Source of the DNA: Paragordius varius
Lineage: Eukaryota; Animalia; Nematomorpha
Direction: 5' to 3'
Length of the DNA: 64,000 bases
Assembly: GCA_964247055.1 (NCBI GenBank)
Contig: OZ176059.1
Coordinates: 2,046,001 to 2,110,000 of the forward strand
Under the pieces are notes generated by a model, which did no database searches, was not told where the DNA came from, and saw only the letters and a list, made by a program, of their open reading frames with translations. This document shows, piece after piece, positions 37,620 through 50,744 of the stretch; position 1 is the stretch's first letter, and every line of letters starts with the position of its first letter. The translations under genes and the position numbers were made by a program.

Positions 37620-37885
37620 CTTTGAGTTTTACTTCAATAAATGCATATTGTATTGGGTGTTTATTCTTTGTTGCTTTAATCAATAAATTTTCGTTGTAAA
37701 ATTTCAAAATATTCCCCGCATAATTTGAATTGGGTGGTAAAAAAGTTACATGTATAAGAAAAAAACTTGACTCAAGTGTTTTTTTATCACCGATCTTCAA
37801 GTGTACACTTACTGGCTTAAGTAATTTTGCTCAACTTGCTACGCTTGGCTTACAAGTCAAGTGCGACTTTTTTATCACCCCACCC
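37620..37885. repeat. Dispersed repeat family D (reverse copy at about 46596-46860)
   Basis: AATAAATGCATATTGTATTG, AATTGGGTGG, GATCTTCAAGTGT, TGCTCAACT..ACGCTTG.CTTACAAGT match the reverse complement of 46620-46850; related ACTTGA/TCAAGT-rich segment at 48960-49150. Confidence 0.7.
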
Positions 37886-38323
37886 ATTGTTTTAATTTTC
37901 TAACCAATACATTTATTTGCTAGTTGCATTAGCGATAAAATTATAAAAATGGCAGCAAAAATGTTTGCAAGGAGCTGTTATTACAATTATGCATAAAAAA
38001 TTTTATATAATGCGTTTAAAAGACTAAATAAATCATATTTTTTTTTTCAGCTTAATATAATTATTTTTAAGATTACGAATCGCTCCGGCAAAACTATTAA
38101 TATTATTTCATTCTTTTATTACCAAAAATGCCAGTTATTTGGAAAATTCTAAAGTAATTCACTCAACTTAAAATTTTAGCTAACTAATTTTTATTTACAT
38201 CATTTTTATACAACTAACCTACAATTTATTTTCCAAAATTTTAGAAAAATCTCCTTAAAATCTGGGGTAGAAATATTAAATTTATTTGGATGTTTAAACT
38301 CTGTAATATATACCGATCGTGTT

Positions 38324-38841
38324 TTAACTTATCTTCGATTTAAATTGGCTAAATACCTCAGGAAACATTTAATATTTTTAAAACTGAAAAAAATGGTTTT
38401 AATTTAAATATACGCTTTAACCTAATAAAATTATATATAAGCCAAAATATCTAAATAAAATTTAGTGCGGAAAAAAAGGTCCGTATTAAGCTACCTTGAC
38501 GCCATTTTTATTTTACATCATTTTTGATATCGTGTTAATTTGATTCTAAGCCTAAAATTATGTTTACATTTTGACTAAATTCACATTTAATATTGATATA
38601 ATCAGAAAAAGTGGTATAATTTCCATTAATTTTATAATTAGTTAATGCACACATGTATGTTCTTTAATTTTCACCTTTTTGTTTTACCATTTTTTTTCAT
38701 ATTTCGGTTTATTAATATTATATGGCAAACTTTTGCCATTGTTTCAATTTATTTTATATTTTTTGAAATATTAAAATTTAAACATGTCTGGGTATTCAAT
38801 TACCCTAATTTGAATTGAAGGAAAATGAGTGTAAGTGTTAA
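38324..38841 (-). mobile_element. piggyBac-like MITE family A, diverged reverse copy
   Basis: Reverse complement of the family A body (GCCATTTTTATTTT, GCACACATGT, TTTTGCCATTGTTTC); ends GAAAATGAGTGTAAGTG-TTAA 120 bp upstream of the ubinuclein ATG. Confidence 0.75.
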
Positions 38842-38961
38842 TATAATCTTGTATAAATAACATGTACAGCAAATGATTTAGTTTTACTCCGTATGGTTTT
38901 GCGATACAAACGGTATGATAATTTGAATCGAGAAACACAACTATTTTGATTTGGAATCAAT

Positions 38962-41900
38962 ATGGATAAATTAAAAGAAGAAAATAGTTTGAAGACTATC
39001 AAAACTAAAAGATTTAGCATTCAACTTAATTTATCTAACGATCTTACTTGTCCTGAATTAGATTACCATAAATTACTAAAGCAGAACAAAGATCCACTAG
39101 ATGTATTTATTTTTCTATTAAATATAATCATTATAATTAAGCATTTGGTCAATATCGATTAATATATTTTAATTTTTAAAATATAGATAACTGCTGGAAA
39201 GGAGGATCAGGATGTGATGTTTTGTAGCCGCGAAAAGAAAATTGAAGATGATAAAATTGCCGCCATTGTACAATCTCTCGAATCCAAATATGTATAATAT
39301 ATATTAACATAAAATATTAAGAGATTTTACATTGAGTTTTACAAAAATTAATCATTTTATGGACTAAACAAACATTAATAGGTCATTTTTATCAAAGGTA
39401 CGAGTAATCATGTATAGGTTATTTAATTGAATATGCAAGTGTTTGTTATAGGAATATATTAACTTTAAGATCTTTTTCAATTTTATCGTTTTTACTCGGG
39501 GTTTCCAACACAATGATTTTGCGGGCATCTGAAATATACATTGGAAATATTAGATTTCTAACATAATACTGTAAAATACAATCACAATTAAACTTTTTAT
39601 AATTCATTGCCAGATTTAGAGTTTTCTGGCCACGAAGTATTTCACCCCAGTCACGATCTTTCCATTGTTTTGTTGTAAGGTTACGTTGATTCTAGTCCAT
39701 TTTTATATTATCATTATAAGAAAAGAGTGGTCGACTTCTTCTTTTGCCATCAACATTAATGTTTTCAATAGTTTTTAAAGGGTAGGCGGCATATCTTCTT
39801 TGAATATGCCCTTAGATGTATTACAAAACCAGTGATAAATTTAACACAATTATAGTAGTTATATCACATTATATGTATATATATATATAGGGTAACAAAA
39901 AGACTCACAGAAGTTTGAAACACAAAGTTTATGATTTGATGGATTTGGGTATGGGTTATGATGAAACCGATAGCTTTATTGATAACTCTGAAGCAGTAAA
40001 ATATTTTCACTTGTGAATTTTTTAATTAAAACTCATTTTTTTTATTTTTATAAATATTTCTTAACATGTAAATTAAATAGTTATAATTTTGATTATACGA
40101 GTCTTTTCAAAAAAAATTTTTAATGTCTGTGTGTGTAAGTATATATTATTTTTCTAGCTTAATTATGTATACAATATATCATGCATTGCCAGTTTTACAT
40201 TTAACATTGCCTGATAGAATTTATAACAGCAAAGAGAATTATTATTAACTATGACGATATTTACTTAATATATCATGAAAACAATCAATTCATTTTTACT
40301 CATACTGTAATTTAAGCTAGAAAAAACCATAAAAATCTCACGCCTGCTCCACACACATATTTTATTTGCTTAACATTTTTAAAAACGCTTATATACCATT
40401 TACAATTCAAATTCACCTTTGAACAATATCAATTCAGCCTAAAAACAAATTATCTGGTTTTTATCTATAACTAATTATTAATATGGAATATATCTTTATG
40501 GCTTAGTTTATTGATTTTTCAGTATAATTTTAAACCAAATTTAATTATTTTAAAATATATGAGAATACAGGTAACTTTAATTCTTAAAAAACACATGATA
40601 TATTTTAGGGTGATTTGAATTGTTCAAGGGTCAATTTGAAGTGTAAATGGTATATAAAACCAATCATATGGCTTTTTTTCCTGGACAATGTAAATAATGC
40701 TTCTTCGTTTTCTAGTACGATGAATTGGTACCATCAACCCTGACCACGAAATTGGGTGGATTCTATATAAATTCGGGCGTGCTCGAATTCAAAGAGGTTG
40801 TTGCCTGTTCACCCACGCATACCCGTAGCAGTCCTAGTAGCAATGTTGTAGCTCAAATGCAAAGTTTAGTGGAAAGTAGCACTAATAGTTCTATGAGTAC
40901 CACAAAATCGGCTCCTAAAAGCACTTCTTATCTTAATAAGTCTAAAAAAGACAATTATACTAAGAATGATTTTACTACAGATGAAGTATTAAGTTCATCC
41001 ATATCCCCTGAGAGTAGTTTCCAATCCTCTGATACCGATCATAATTTGTTTGTCGCCGATAAAAGTGATAAAACAGTTGATAAAATGGTCAAAGTTTGTA
41101 ATACCAATAAAGAACCGGAATTGCATGAAACCATACTTGAACAGCACCGGAGCAGTAATGGTATTAAGGCAAAAAAGAAGTTGCATCATAAAAACCTTAA
41201 AAAACCAAATATTCGCCGGCTTCATCCAAAATCGGCCCATGATAATGCCGCCGCCGGAAATAGTAATCAAATTCCTACCAATAGTTCATTTAACTCTAGT
41301 ATATTATTAAGTAATGAAGATGCCAGTTTTGTACAAGAAAATAATGACGAAAAAGTAACGACATTACCGTTTAAGAATAATTCCAACAAAAAAGATGACT
41401 TTAAAACGACAGAAGTGGGGCCAAACGTATCTAATAAACCTCTGAAAGAACAAGAAATTGGTTCCACACCCCTTTTAACTGCCAATACATCTGTAAAGGT
41501 AAACTTTACATAGTAAATATTTTAATTACAAAGCCGAAACTAAAAACATTTTTTAGGGATAACATTTTTTTGTGAACCTTGGGTTTTTCATTAGAATTTA
41601 TCGTTTTAGGTTATAAAATAAGGAATAAAGATATGTAAATTGGTAACACGCTTCCCCTTATAATTTGACAATCGTAATCATAGGGGATATAGATAAAATT
41701 AAGGATCAAATATGGCTTTTTAATAAAAAAATATAATACGTACTCCTATGATTATGTAAAAGTATAAATATATACAATATAACCGAATTATCTTTTTTTA
41801 ATTATTTAAGGATGCGGTGGTATCTCTGTAAAATCATTGAATTTTGTTTTTATCCCTCTCAACTTTTTAGTTAGATATATTATGTTATTTTGAATAATCT

Positions 41901-42062
41901 ATTTTTTTTGCCTCAAATTGATACAGATGGATCCAAAAGAATTATCAATGCCCCAAAATGCAATCATTAAAAACAAAATTCCAAACAATATAGAAACTTT
42001 TGTACCTAATGACTTACCTTCCTCATTATCAAAATTAATGAAATTCGGTATACCTTTTTTTG

Positions 42063-42093
<31 letters not shown>

Positions 42094-45000
42094 AATCAAG
42101 ATGATTTTAAAAATTTTGCTAGTTTCGCTTGTTTCTTACGAACATTTTTTTAATATATATTTTTATGTTTTTAGATTTACCATCTTCTGTAATAGCCATT
42201 ATTGAGAATGTTATTAAGGTAAATATTTATCGATATTTGTGTTTCCAATTATTGCTTAATTATTGTAAAGTATTCATAAGATTTTTTAATACCTAATTTT
42301 GTGTTTAGCTTGGCAATGAAATATTGACAAAAAATCCATATAAGGTTAACAAAAATAATAACGAAAATTTATCCCCCCATACATATACCGATAATTATGA
42401 AAAAATATCGAACCATATCTTCTCCAATACTGATTTCAAGGGCACCATTCAACAATTATCAAAAATGCTAAAAAATAAGCCCTTGTTTCCTAATTCCAAT
42501 ATGAGAGATTTTACATCTCTCCTGTGTGATGTTCTTTATGACACTATTTTTGCCCACGCTTACAAAGATGATGCTGTTGGGAATAGTTTGGACGAAAATT
42601 TTATGTCCCATAAACTTAAAAGTCATATAAAACAATTATTGGACGGCCACGCAAGGTAATACACTACCGTTTGAACTAAATTTATGCGTTGATGAATCAT
42701 TTTACGATTTTATTATAACACATTATATATATAATGATCGTGTTTAAGATACTTTTGAATACAATGCCTTTTTAAAATACATTGTTTATTATTTTACTTA
42801 ACGATCTCCTAATACATAATTTTGGGGAATTTAAATATAAGATGGCATCAAAAGATTGTATTAACCTAAAGTTGGCATAAAGCTTATAATTTTTTTGCTA
42901 TATATATATGTATGTGTGTGTATGTAAATATTTCATTTACGTTTATAGCTTAACCAATAATTTTAAGTCGCCGCCAAAGATATTGGCTGAAAAAGAATTG
43001 GATGGTTCCTTAACTACTTATGTTACACCTAATAATATACCTGTTTCGCCTCAAAATCAACCTCCCCTATCAAATTGTTTGATTTCACGCTCAAATAATA
43101 TAAATTATACTGTTGCCAATAATATTGAAACTCAAACGGAGACAAATTTAGTAACTACAATAAATAAATTAGGAGGCGGTGATTACATATCACCATTAAT
43201 TAGGAATTCTAAATCAAATATGTTTCCATCAAATCAGCCTAACAATCCGAAAAAAACTGCGAAACGAAAATTAGAAAATCTCACGTCCATATCTCCACCA
43301 TCAACCCTTTCTTTGAATCCTGCAACACCCATAGCAACAGGTCAAAAACATAGAATAACAATTTCACAAAACGTATCAGGAGGTATTCCTACAAAAAAAC
43401 TTAAACATGATTTGAATGTTATCCACAAGACGGCAGTCTCTCTAAAAGAAATAAAAATTGAACCTGCTACGCTTACCAACAACAGTTTTAGTAATAATAA
43501 TAATAATACCAATGTAATCGAACATTTGGGGAAATCCATTATTAACTCAAATTTACCTAAAAATATAAATAAAAACATAAATATACGCAATAGGGATAAA
43601 GCTAAACGCAAATCAAACGTCGACAAAAATCAAAATGTAGTTACCAATAAAAATAGCAATAGTTATACAATCGTCTGCCATTCAACGCCATTGCCGAAAT
43701 CATCGTCTGACTATGCTATATATCATACGGCCAATAATTTCACATCACCGATTGTTTGTAAAGTAATTTATATTTATACTTATTAGTTTAGTTTTTTTGT
43801 ATGAAATAAGAAATAATGTAATAAAGATTTTTTGCTGGTCTGATTCAATTTCCAGTTTCAGTCATTGAAGGAAGAATATATGCTAAATATACGTCTATCT
43901 AAATAATGAAAAATTTGGAAAAAAAAATTACAAGTTATATTGTATTTGTAAATTTACAATTTTATTTACTAATTAACCAATGCAGCTTGTCGAATTTTTT
44001 GAATCAAAACGCGGCCCACGAAACCAAGTGTTGGACATTTCTGTGTTAAATCATAAACTAAATATTAAATGAAGAAAATTACTTTTGTGCCATCAGCTCC
44101 ATAAATTATATAATTATCTAAAAATATATATATTAATACTATTGGTAACTTAAACTAAAATCAATAATACGTTCACTACGACATGATTTTTTGAAAATAC
44201 TTTTTGAATGCTATCAAATTAAATTATTTTTTTGCCACCGTTTTTTGCGTAAAATAGACGATACCGGATATGAAAGAATTCAAGACTATGATTGTGTTTT
44301 TAAAACTAATCAAAATTTAAATACAAAAGTTATAGAATTACTTTTTTCCAAAAATAAAATTTAATATAAATTGGTATTCGATTCATGAAATAAACCATTA
44401 TGCAATATTTATGATAAAATTTAATTTTAACGTTCATGTTTAACATTTTTATGGCATCCATTGACTGATCATTACCTTAGTGATTTTGTAAGCAGTTAGA
44501 CCGGCTTTAATATTTTCAAATATGCGAAAAAGCCCAATATATATTTATTATATTTAGTCAACAATGCCAATGTCAATTGACACGACGAAAACCGTCACAC
44601 CACCATCTAAATATCCTAATAATCAATATAACCCACAACACCCTGTCAGCCCTATAATTTCTAACAAGGATAATCATCGTATACAATCTACTGTTGTTGA
44701 AACGACTGTAATGCCGACTCAAACCACACAACCTAATTCAAATGTGTTAACACAACTCTTTAATTCTCCCGTATTGTTTCCCTTTTTATTGGCTCAACAA
44801 AATAGCAGCTCAGAGCCACGGCCTACCACCAACAACAATAATATTGTTAATTTTTCAACACCTCAACAACAGCAGGCATCAGTATTATTAACAGATCCTA
44901 GTCAACATAAATTAACTCCTCCTCCTATGTTTCCATTCCCATTCCCAGGGCCTGACATGTTTCTTATGAAAAATGTTTTAGCTTCTCAACAGCAAGGAGG

Positions 45001-45946
45001 TATAAATGCATCTACTTTTTTTGACAGCGAAATTCATCACAAATTTTTGTTGGATATGGCGACGCATGCTGCGTCAAATGGAATTAATTTTGATGAACAA
45101 GCCTTACTCCTTGCCCTCATGAACGTTACTTCCGAAATGAACAAAAGCTTTACTAACAACCCAAACAATAATAATTTTGTTAACGACTTTGGAAACAAAA
45201 ATTTACCACCCTTAGATCAATTTAATAAAACTAGCCCTATTTATAATGACTCGACTGTAAAATCCAATGTCAACACCTTTAATTATAACAATAATAATAA
45301 CGCCAAAGTTGGAACAGCAAATGCATTATCAAACACAAATATTAATGTGGACAAAATTTCCCCCAAAACAAAAACCAACACCATTACTCATCGAACTACC
45401 CATAAGATGAATAAAACCAATATAATCACAAACACAAGTATGGTCAAAAACCCAACAAATTTAATTCCGAATACGAAAACAACTTCATATATGTTACCCA
45501 AAACCGCTAAAGTACCCGAAACGGACAACGTTATATTTCCCGGGTTCATGGACAGTTTTAACCACCCTTCACTATTTTCACCGACGACCAAAGTTGTTGA
45601 TAAAAAACAGTCCTCCACACCCCTTTATAATCAAGATCATAATAATGCCCATAGCAAAGATAAAAAAGATGATAATTCTCTTTTTTCTGCTTTCATAGTT
45701 GATACTATCCGTAAAGGTTTTCAACAATCTGAACAACCAAATTATCATAGTTTGACACCATCTCCCTCCAAGAGTAATGCTAAATTAACACAAAATAATG
45801 TCGTCACTTCAAAGAATATGTCGACAAGCAAAAACAATGCAATAGGTAGTACTGCAGCATTCTCCGTTAGCCACCCGAGTATTAATACGCTAAATTTATT
45901 AACATCAACCACACCAATACATGATACAATTACATTGGATGATTGA
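38962..45946 (+). CDS. UBN1: Ubinuclein / yemanuclein (HIRA-complex H3.3 chaperone subunit, HUN domain), about 1280 aa
   Basis: [19 protein letters not shown]; [12 protein letters not shown]|G; [21 protein letters not shown]|[28 protein letters not shown] (HUN domain). Exons 38962-39102, 39187-39291, 39891-39995, 40716-41498, 41927-42047, 42175-42218, 42309-42655, 42949-43762, 44558-45946; phase-consistent. Additional exons near 43.8-44.1 kb are possible. Confidence 0.88.
39605..39811 (-). mobile_element. 3' fragment of an RTE-type non-LTR retrotransposon ORF, in ubinuclein intron 2
   Basis: Translates [63 protein letters not shown], matching the GH..RR/G.R.RGRP..W.D.I..D/DR..W C-terminal signature of RTE-like LINE ORF2; internal stop. 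Confidence 0.7.
40394..40652. mobile_element. MITE family B copy in ubinuclein intron 3
   Basis: TACCATTTACAATTCAAATTCACC ... TGTAAATGGTA. Confidence 0.85.
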
Positions 45947-46145
45947 GAGAATTTTTTATCCAAATTATACATATGTTATGTTGACATAAAAAAATTATAT
46001 AATATATATAATTTATTGTTGTTTTTTTTTTGTTTAATTATGGTTAATATGTAATCCAATGATATATATATGTATTGTTAATAATAACATGAAATAATTG
46101 ATATTTTATATATTATAGCAATTGGTAAATATATGATTGAAGAAG

Positions 46146-46221
46146 GCGTGATGATATAGTAGGTGTAGGGCGCCGGACTCTCACACTGCGTGCCAGAGTT
46201 CGAATACCCCGGAACTACGCG
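46146..46221 (+). pseudogene. tRNA-like relic (tRNA-Glu(CTC)-like pseudogene or SINE head)
   Basis: Acceptor-stem pairing GCGTGAT/ACTACGC; A-box-like TGATATAGTAGG; loop CTCTCAC; B-box-like GTTCGAATAC; T-run immediately after. The anticodon and T stems do not pair properly. Confidence 0.55.
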
Positions 46222-47480
46222 ATTTTTCCATCATTATTGTGGAAGGCGAGTGTTAAATTTACAAGTCCTGATACAATTTAAGTCCTTACCCTTTAATAAA
46301 AAAAGAAAAAAGAGACTTTAAACTGTATTTTTTTATTTTTATGAATATTTGATTAAAACACATGGGGCCAAATTAGAAAATTGGAGATAGATATATTAAC
46401 ATATACCATTGTTTATAGGGTTTAAGTAAAACGATGTAACTTTATTTACATGAATATAGAAATGTTTTTGTACTAATCGATAACTCAAAGAATCAACACA
46501 TATAAATATTCACCCTAGAACAATTAGATTCACCCTAAAATAAATTATATGTTTTTTAATTTTATGTGCGCCATTAATGTCACGATTTCTAAATCCATTA
46601 TGGGTGAGGTAATAAAAAAAGACACTTAACTTGTAAGTCAAGCGTGCGAGTTGAGCAAGTTTCCTTAGGTCTGCAAATGAACACTTGAAGATCGTGATAA
46701 AAAATACTTAAGTCAAGTGTTATGAATGTAATATTTTTGCCACCCAATTAAAATTTTACAAAAACTCTATAGATCATTTTCTTCCAAAATTTATGAAATA
46801 AGGCAAAAAAGATAAACAATCAATACAATATGCATTTATTAAAGTTTTTCAAGCTCAATGGCGCGTATGCTAAAATTATAATATAGATTTTTCTAAATAT
46901 TGCGCCTGGTAACTAAAATTAGTTGAAACCATTCGCTTGTAAAACACTCTCTATTATTTTACCACACTACTTATTTTGTTAGTCTATTTTAATGTGACCA
47001 GATATTTTTAACCTTGAGGCAGTACAAAATTAAAACATACTTTGCTGTTTTTACACCATCGATGTGGTATATAACACAGTTCACAAAACATATCCAGAAG
47101 AAACAAAATATGATAGGAAAATATCAGGATTATCATGGTGCTTTTGGTTAACGTTTATTATTAAAGAAAGTTATTTACACTTTGCTCCGCGTAAAATTGC
47201 AAAAGGTGCGCAATTTCATAAATATTTACTGGTGAAAACTCAATACTTTATATCAAAAAATATCACTAAAATATAACATAAACTACATATAAAAAGCAAT
47301 ACAATAGTTTTAAAATTTTGAATTGTTATTTGGGCTCTGAAGTCCCATATTTTTTCGCTCTTTTAAAACACCTGTTGTCTTAAAAAACGCAAAAATCCGA
47401 CATTGTGCAATTATTTCAATAAATGATAAATTTTGATATCAAATATAATTTTTTGAAAATGCATACTTTCAAAAATTTAA

Positions 47481-47850
47481 TTTTTGGCATAATTTTGTTG
47501 AAACGTACTTCGTACTATTTTGAGGACGATGGAAACGATATAAACGGTTGTGTTATACCATTTATTATAATTCGATAATGCTAAACATTTTTCTCAGAAT
47601 TTCGCTTAGAATATTCGTTTGTTTCCAAATTTATGTTAAATAAAAATTGTGTTTTTTTAGAAAAATTCACCGAAATCAAGCAAACAAACCTTTAAATTAA
47701 AATTCTCAACCTATAGTAATGTTAATCATTATCAAATTATTGAGAAAAAGGGTTTTATTATATCTTAAAGCGTTATACCGTTCCCATCATGCTTTAAAAT
47801 GGTTTGAAGTATGCTTCAACAAAATATCTCAAATTTGTCTATGCCAAAAA
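47481..47850. mobile_element. Foldback/MITE with about 110-bp imperfect arms
   Basis: TTTTTGGCATA..ATTTTGTTGAAACGTACTTC..GATGGAAACGATATAAACG pairs with CGTTATACCGTTCCCATC..GAAGTATGCTTCAACAAAAT..TATGCCAAAAA. Confidence 0.65.
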
Positions 47851-48429
47851 CAGAAAACTAATAAAAATTAAAGTTTGGGAAAAAAATTAAGTAATAACAT
47901 ACCTCCCACCTAATGAGTATGGAAACGTAAAAAGGTTATTTCGAAATCATATGCCATATATAATTTAAATAATAATTACGGGATAACAATATATATATAA
48001 TTTTCCGTTTGATAATTATATCATAAAATGAACTTTTTAAACTGGATAAAACATTTAAAAATATCATAAATTAATGCTAATTTCGTAAGCCCTGTGCGAA
48101 AGAGCCATTAGCCTGAATTTTAGGGTGGAGTCCGAGATTTATAGTTTCGCCCCCGAGCGAAAGTCTGCAATAAAAGCGGAGTGACCGATCCAAAATCCAA
48201 ATTTATGTATAATTCGAGCAGAAATAAAATATTAACCATTTAAAAATAGGCCAATCTTAGTTTTTTACCCCAAAATGAACCATTTTTTTACAAATTATGG
48301 GGTTATATTTACAGAGGGTACTATATCAAAAAAATAATTTTTCTTATGAATAGATAAAAGATAATTAATATATATTCATAAATAATTATATTTTTTCAAA
48401 TTTTAAAAAGCGGTACCCGTACTTTTTAA

Positions 48430-48642
48430 ATACTGATTTTTTTAAATATAACACATTGTTTCAAACTCCAAAGTATAGAATAGAGATGTATATTGATAAC
48501 AATCAATTATGTATTTTACGATTGCTATTATATAATTTTAATAGGATAAATTAAGGTTTGAAAAAGTATGGTTGTCTTTTGGAAAAAAAATTTTGTCTTT
48601 ATATTTTTAATTTTTGTCCGTATAATTTCAATTTTCACTGTA
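48430..48642. mobile_element. MITE family C, right half
   Basis: GGTTTGAAAAAGTATGGTTGTCTTTT..TTTTGTCCGTATAATTTCAATTTTCACTGTA. Confidence 0.6.
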
Positions 48643-50744
48643 ACTCTTTACACGTTAAATGGTAAAGTATCCTTTAGCGTTTAATATAATACGGAGTAAA
48701 ATTTTAAAAAAGATCTTTATTATTAATTTTAAGATATTTTTGTGATTCAGATTTTTACGGGTTGTCGGAATTGATAACTTTAGCATATTTTAGCATTGTT
48801 CTAAAATATAAACAGAGTTCTTCTAAAAGTATCCACTTAATTTGAATAGGTTAATTAGCTAACAATTATCAAATAAACATACATAACAAAGCGGTTTAAT
48901 TACATATAAAACCTAAATTAAAAATAGTTTCCAATATAATTTTATCCATATTTTAAAATCAGTCAAGTGTGCCCTACACCACACTTGCAAAATCTTGAAG
49001 TGTTATTGGATCATATGATTTTTTTTCACCTCCGAATCGAGTTTTCTTGCTTGACTTAGGTCGTCTAATGTTAAATTTTTTTCATCACATGAAAGCAAGC
49101 CATGACTTGAAAAACTTGCAAAGTCAAAAAATAATTTTTATCACTCCACCCTATAAATATTTATTATTGGGCATCAATTATTGTATAATTATCATTTATT
49201 GTGTATATATCAAATAATTATTAATATATGTATTGTATATAAAATAGTAACAATATTTGTATAATTAAATATTAATATATATATAAATATATTTAAATTT
49301 GTAACATTTCATAAGTCAGCTGGGACACGTTCAATAATAAATTATGTATAATTATTATACTGGGCACATAAATTTTTTAAAATAAACACCTAATTAAATA
49401 TATTCATTTTGTTCATAAAAATGGTAAAGCACATGAAAAATGATAGGTGTTGGAAAAATAATACTGTCAAATAAAAAAGATTGGAAAAAAAATTTGCGAC
49501 ATGTATTCATAAAAAATAAATTAAAATTTAATAAATATTATATTATACCTAATATTAAAATATATAAAATCAATCATCAATTTAACAATTATTGAACATT
49601 TATTTATACGTATGTAAAAGTATCAATTGCGACATATATGATATTATAGGTTATAAAAATAAATGCAGTTTTTGTCGTCATGCAATCAAATTTTTTGCAA
49701 TAACCTTTTTATACCTTTTTTACTAGTTTGGTAGAAAAATAGAAGTTTTGACACTTCTCAGTTTTTTGAGGACAAAAAAAATTGTCAAATTAAAAATTGG
49801 ATAAGAAATGCATTATTTTTGGGTATTCACTCAGTAGGGTATAGGTATCATTAAATGCATGGCAATCTTAAATACCATAATAAAAAGAGGGGGCATGGAA
49901 AATGTATAAAACAATGTAGCAAAAGAAAATATAAAAATTATAAATTCTTGCAAATATGGATGCGATCGATTGACCAGTTTCTAAAAAAAACTGAGGGCGG
50001 CGCTAAAACGCATTAGTAAAACTTTTAATACTGTTTTTTTGTTGATGGTGGTTAGGTACATAGTTATAACGGTAAGTAAGGGAGTAAGGTTAAATTTTAA
50101 TTCTGTTTGAGTTACCAAAATTAAAAATTGGACTCTTTTAAATATTATAATAATATTATTATAATTGATTTTTATATGGAGACAAAACGAAACCATATCA
50201 AATTAAAAGTAATAATTACAAATACTCAATCGACAAAAAATAAAAAATAGTTAAAATTCATAATACTGATATCCGATACATATTTTGTAGTGTAATAATA
50301 CTTTTGGAAAAAAACAGAATGATATTATAATACTTTTGTAGGGTGCGAAAAATAATTTGGTAAAAAATAATAATTGCAATAATTATAATTTACAACACAT
50401 ACATAAATCTAAGTTTTAGGGTTAAAATAAATTTCAATTTCCCCGCTTTCTTTATTTATAAATAGCTATAGCTTCGTTGCCAGTTAATTTTATTAGACAA
50501 TAATTATATATAATTTTTTAATGAATGTCCAGATACGTACATATGTTTGTGATATATTTCTATATTTTGTCCCCAAAGTTGCATTGTTAAGTATAAAAAG
50601 TTTGGGTTGTCTCTTTTTGAACCTTTCTCCTAGTTTTACTCAATGAATTTCACTTCACATTCTACACATCAATCCATCTCGTGGAAGTGTAAAAAGAATG
50701 GTCGAATAAAACTATATACGCCCCTCTATAATTTAATGAGTTCT

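Noticed and set aside
43826-44090. Exon-like remnants ([24 protein letters not shown]) resembling the ubinuclein middle domain
   Set aside because: Every frame hits stops and I could not build a phase-consistent path; 43762 splices directly to 44558 in frame.
48893-48903. GGTTTAATTAC resembling the nematode SL1 leader
   Set aside because: The match stops after 11 nt; no donor or Sm site follows.
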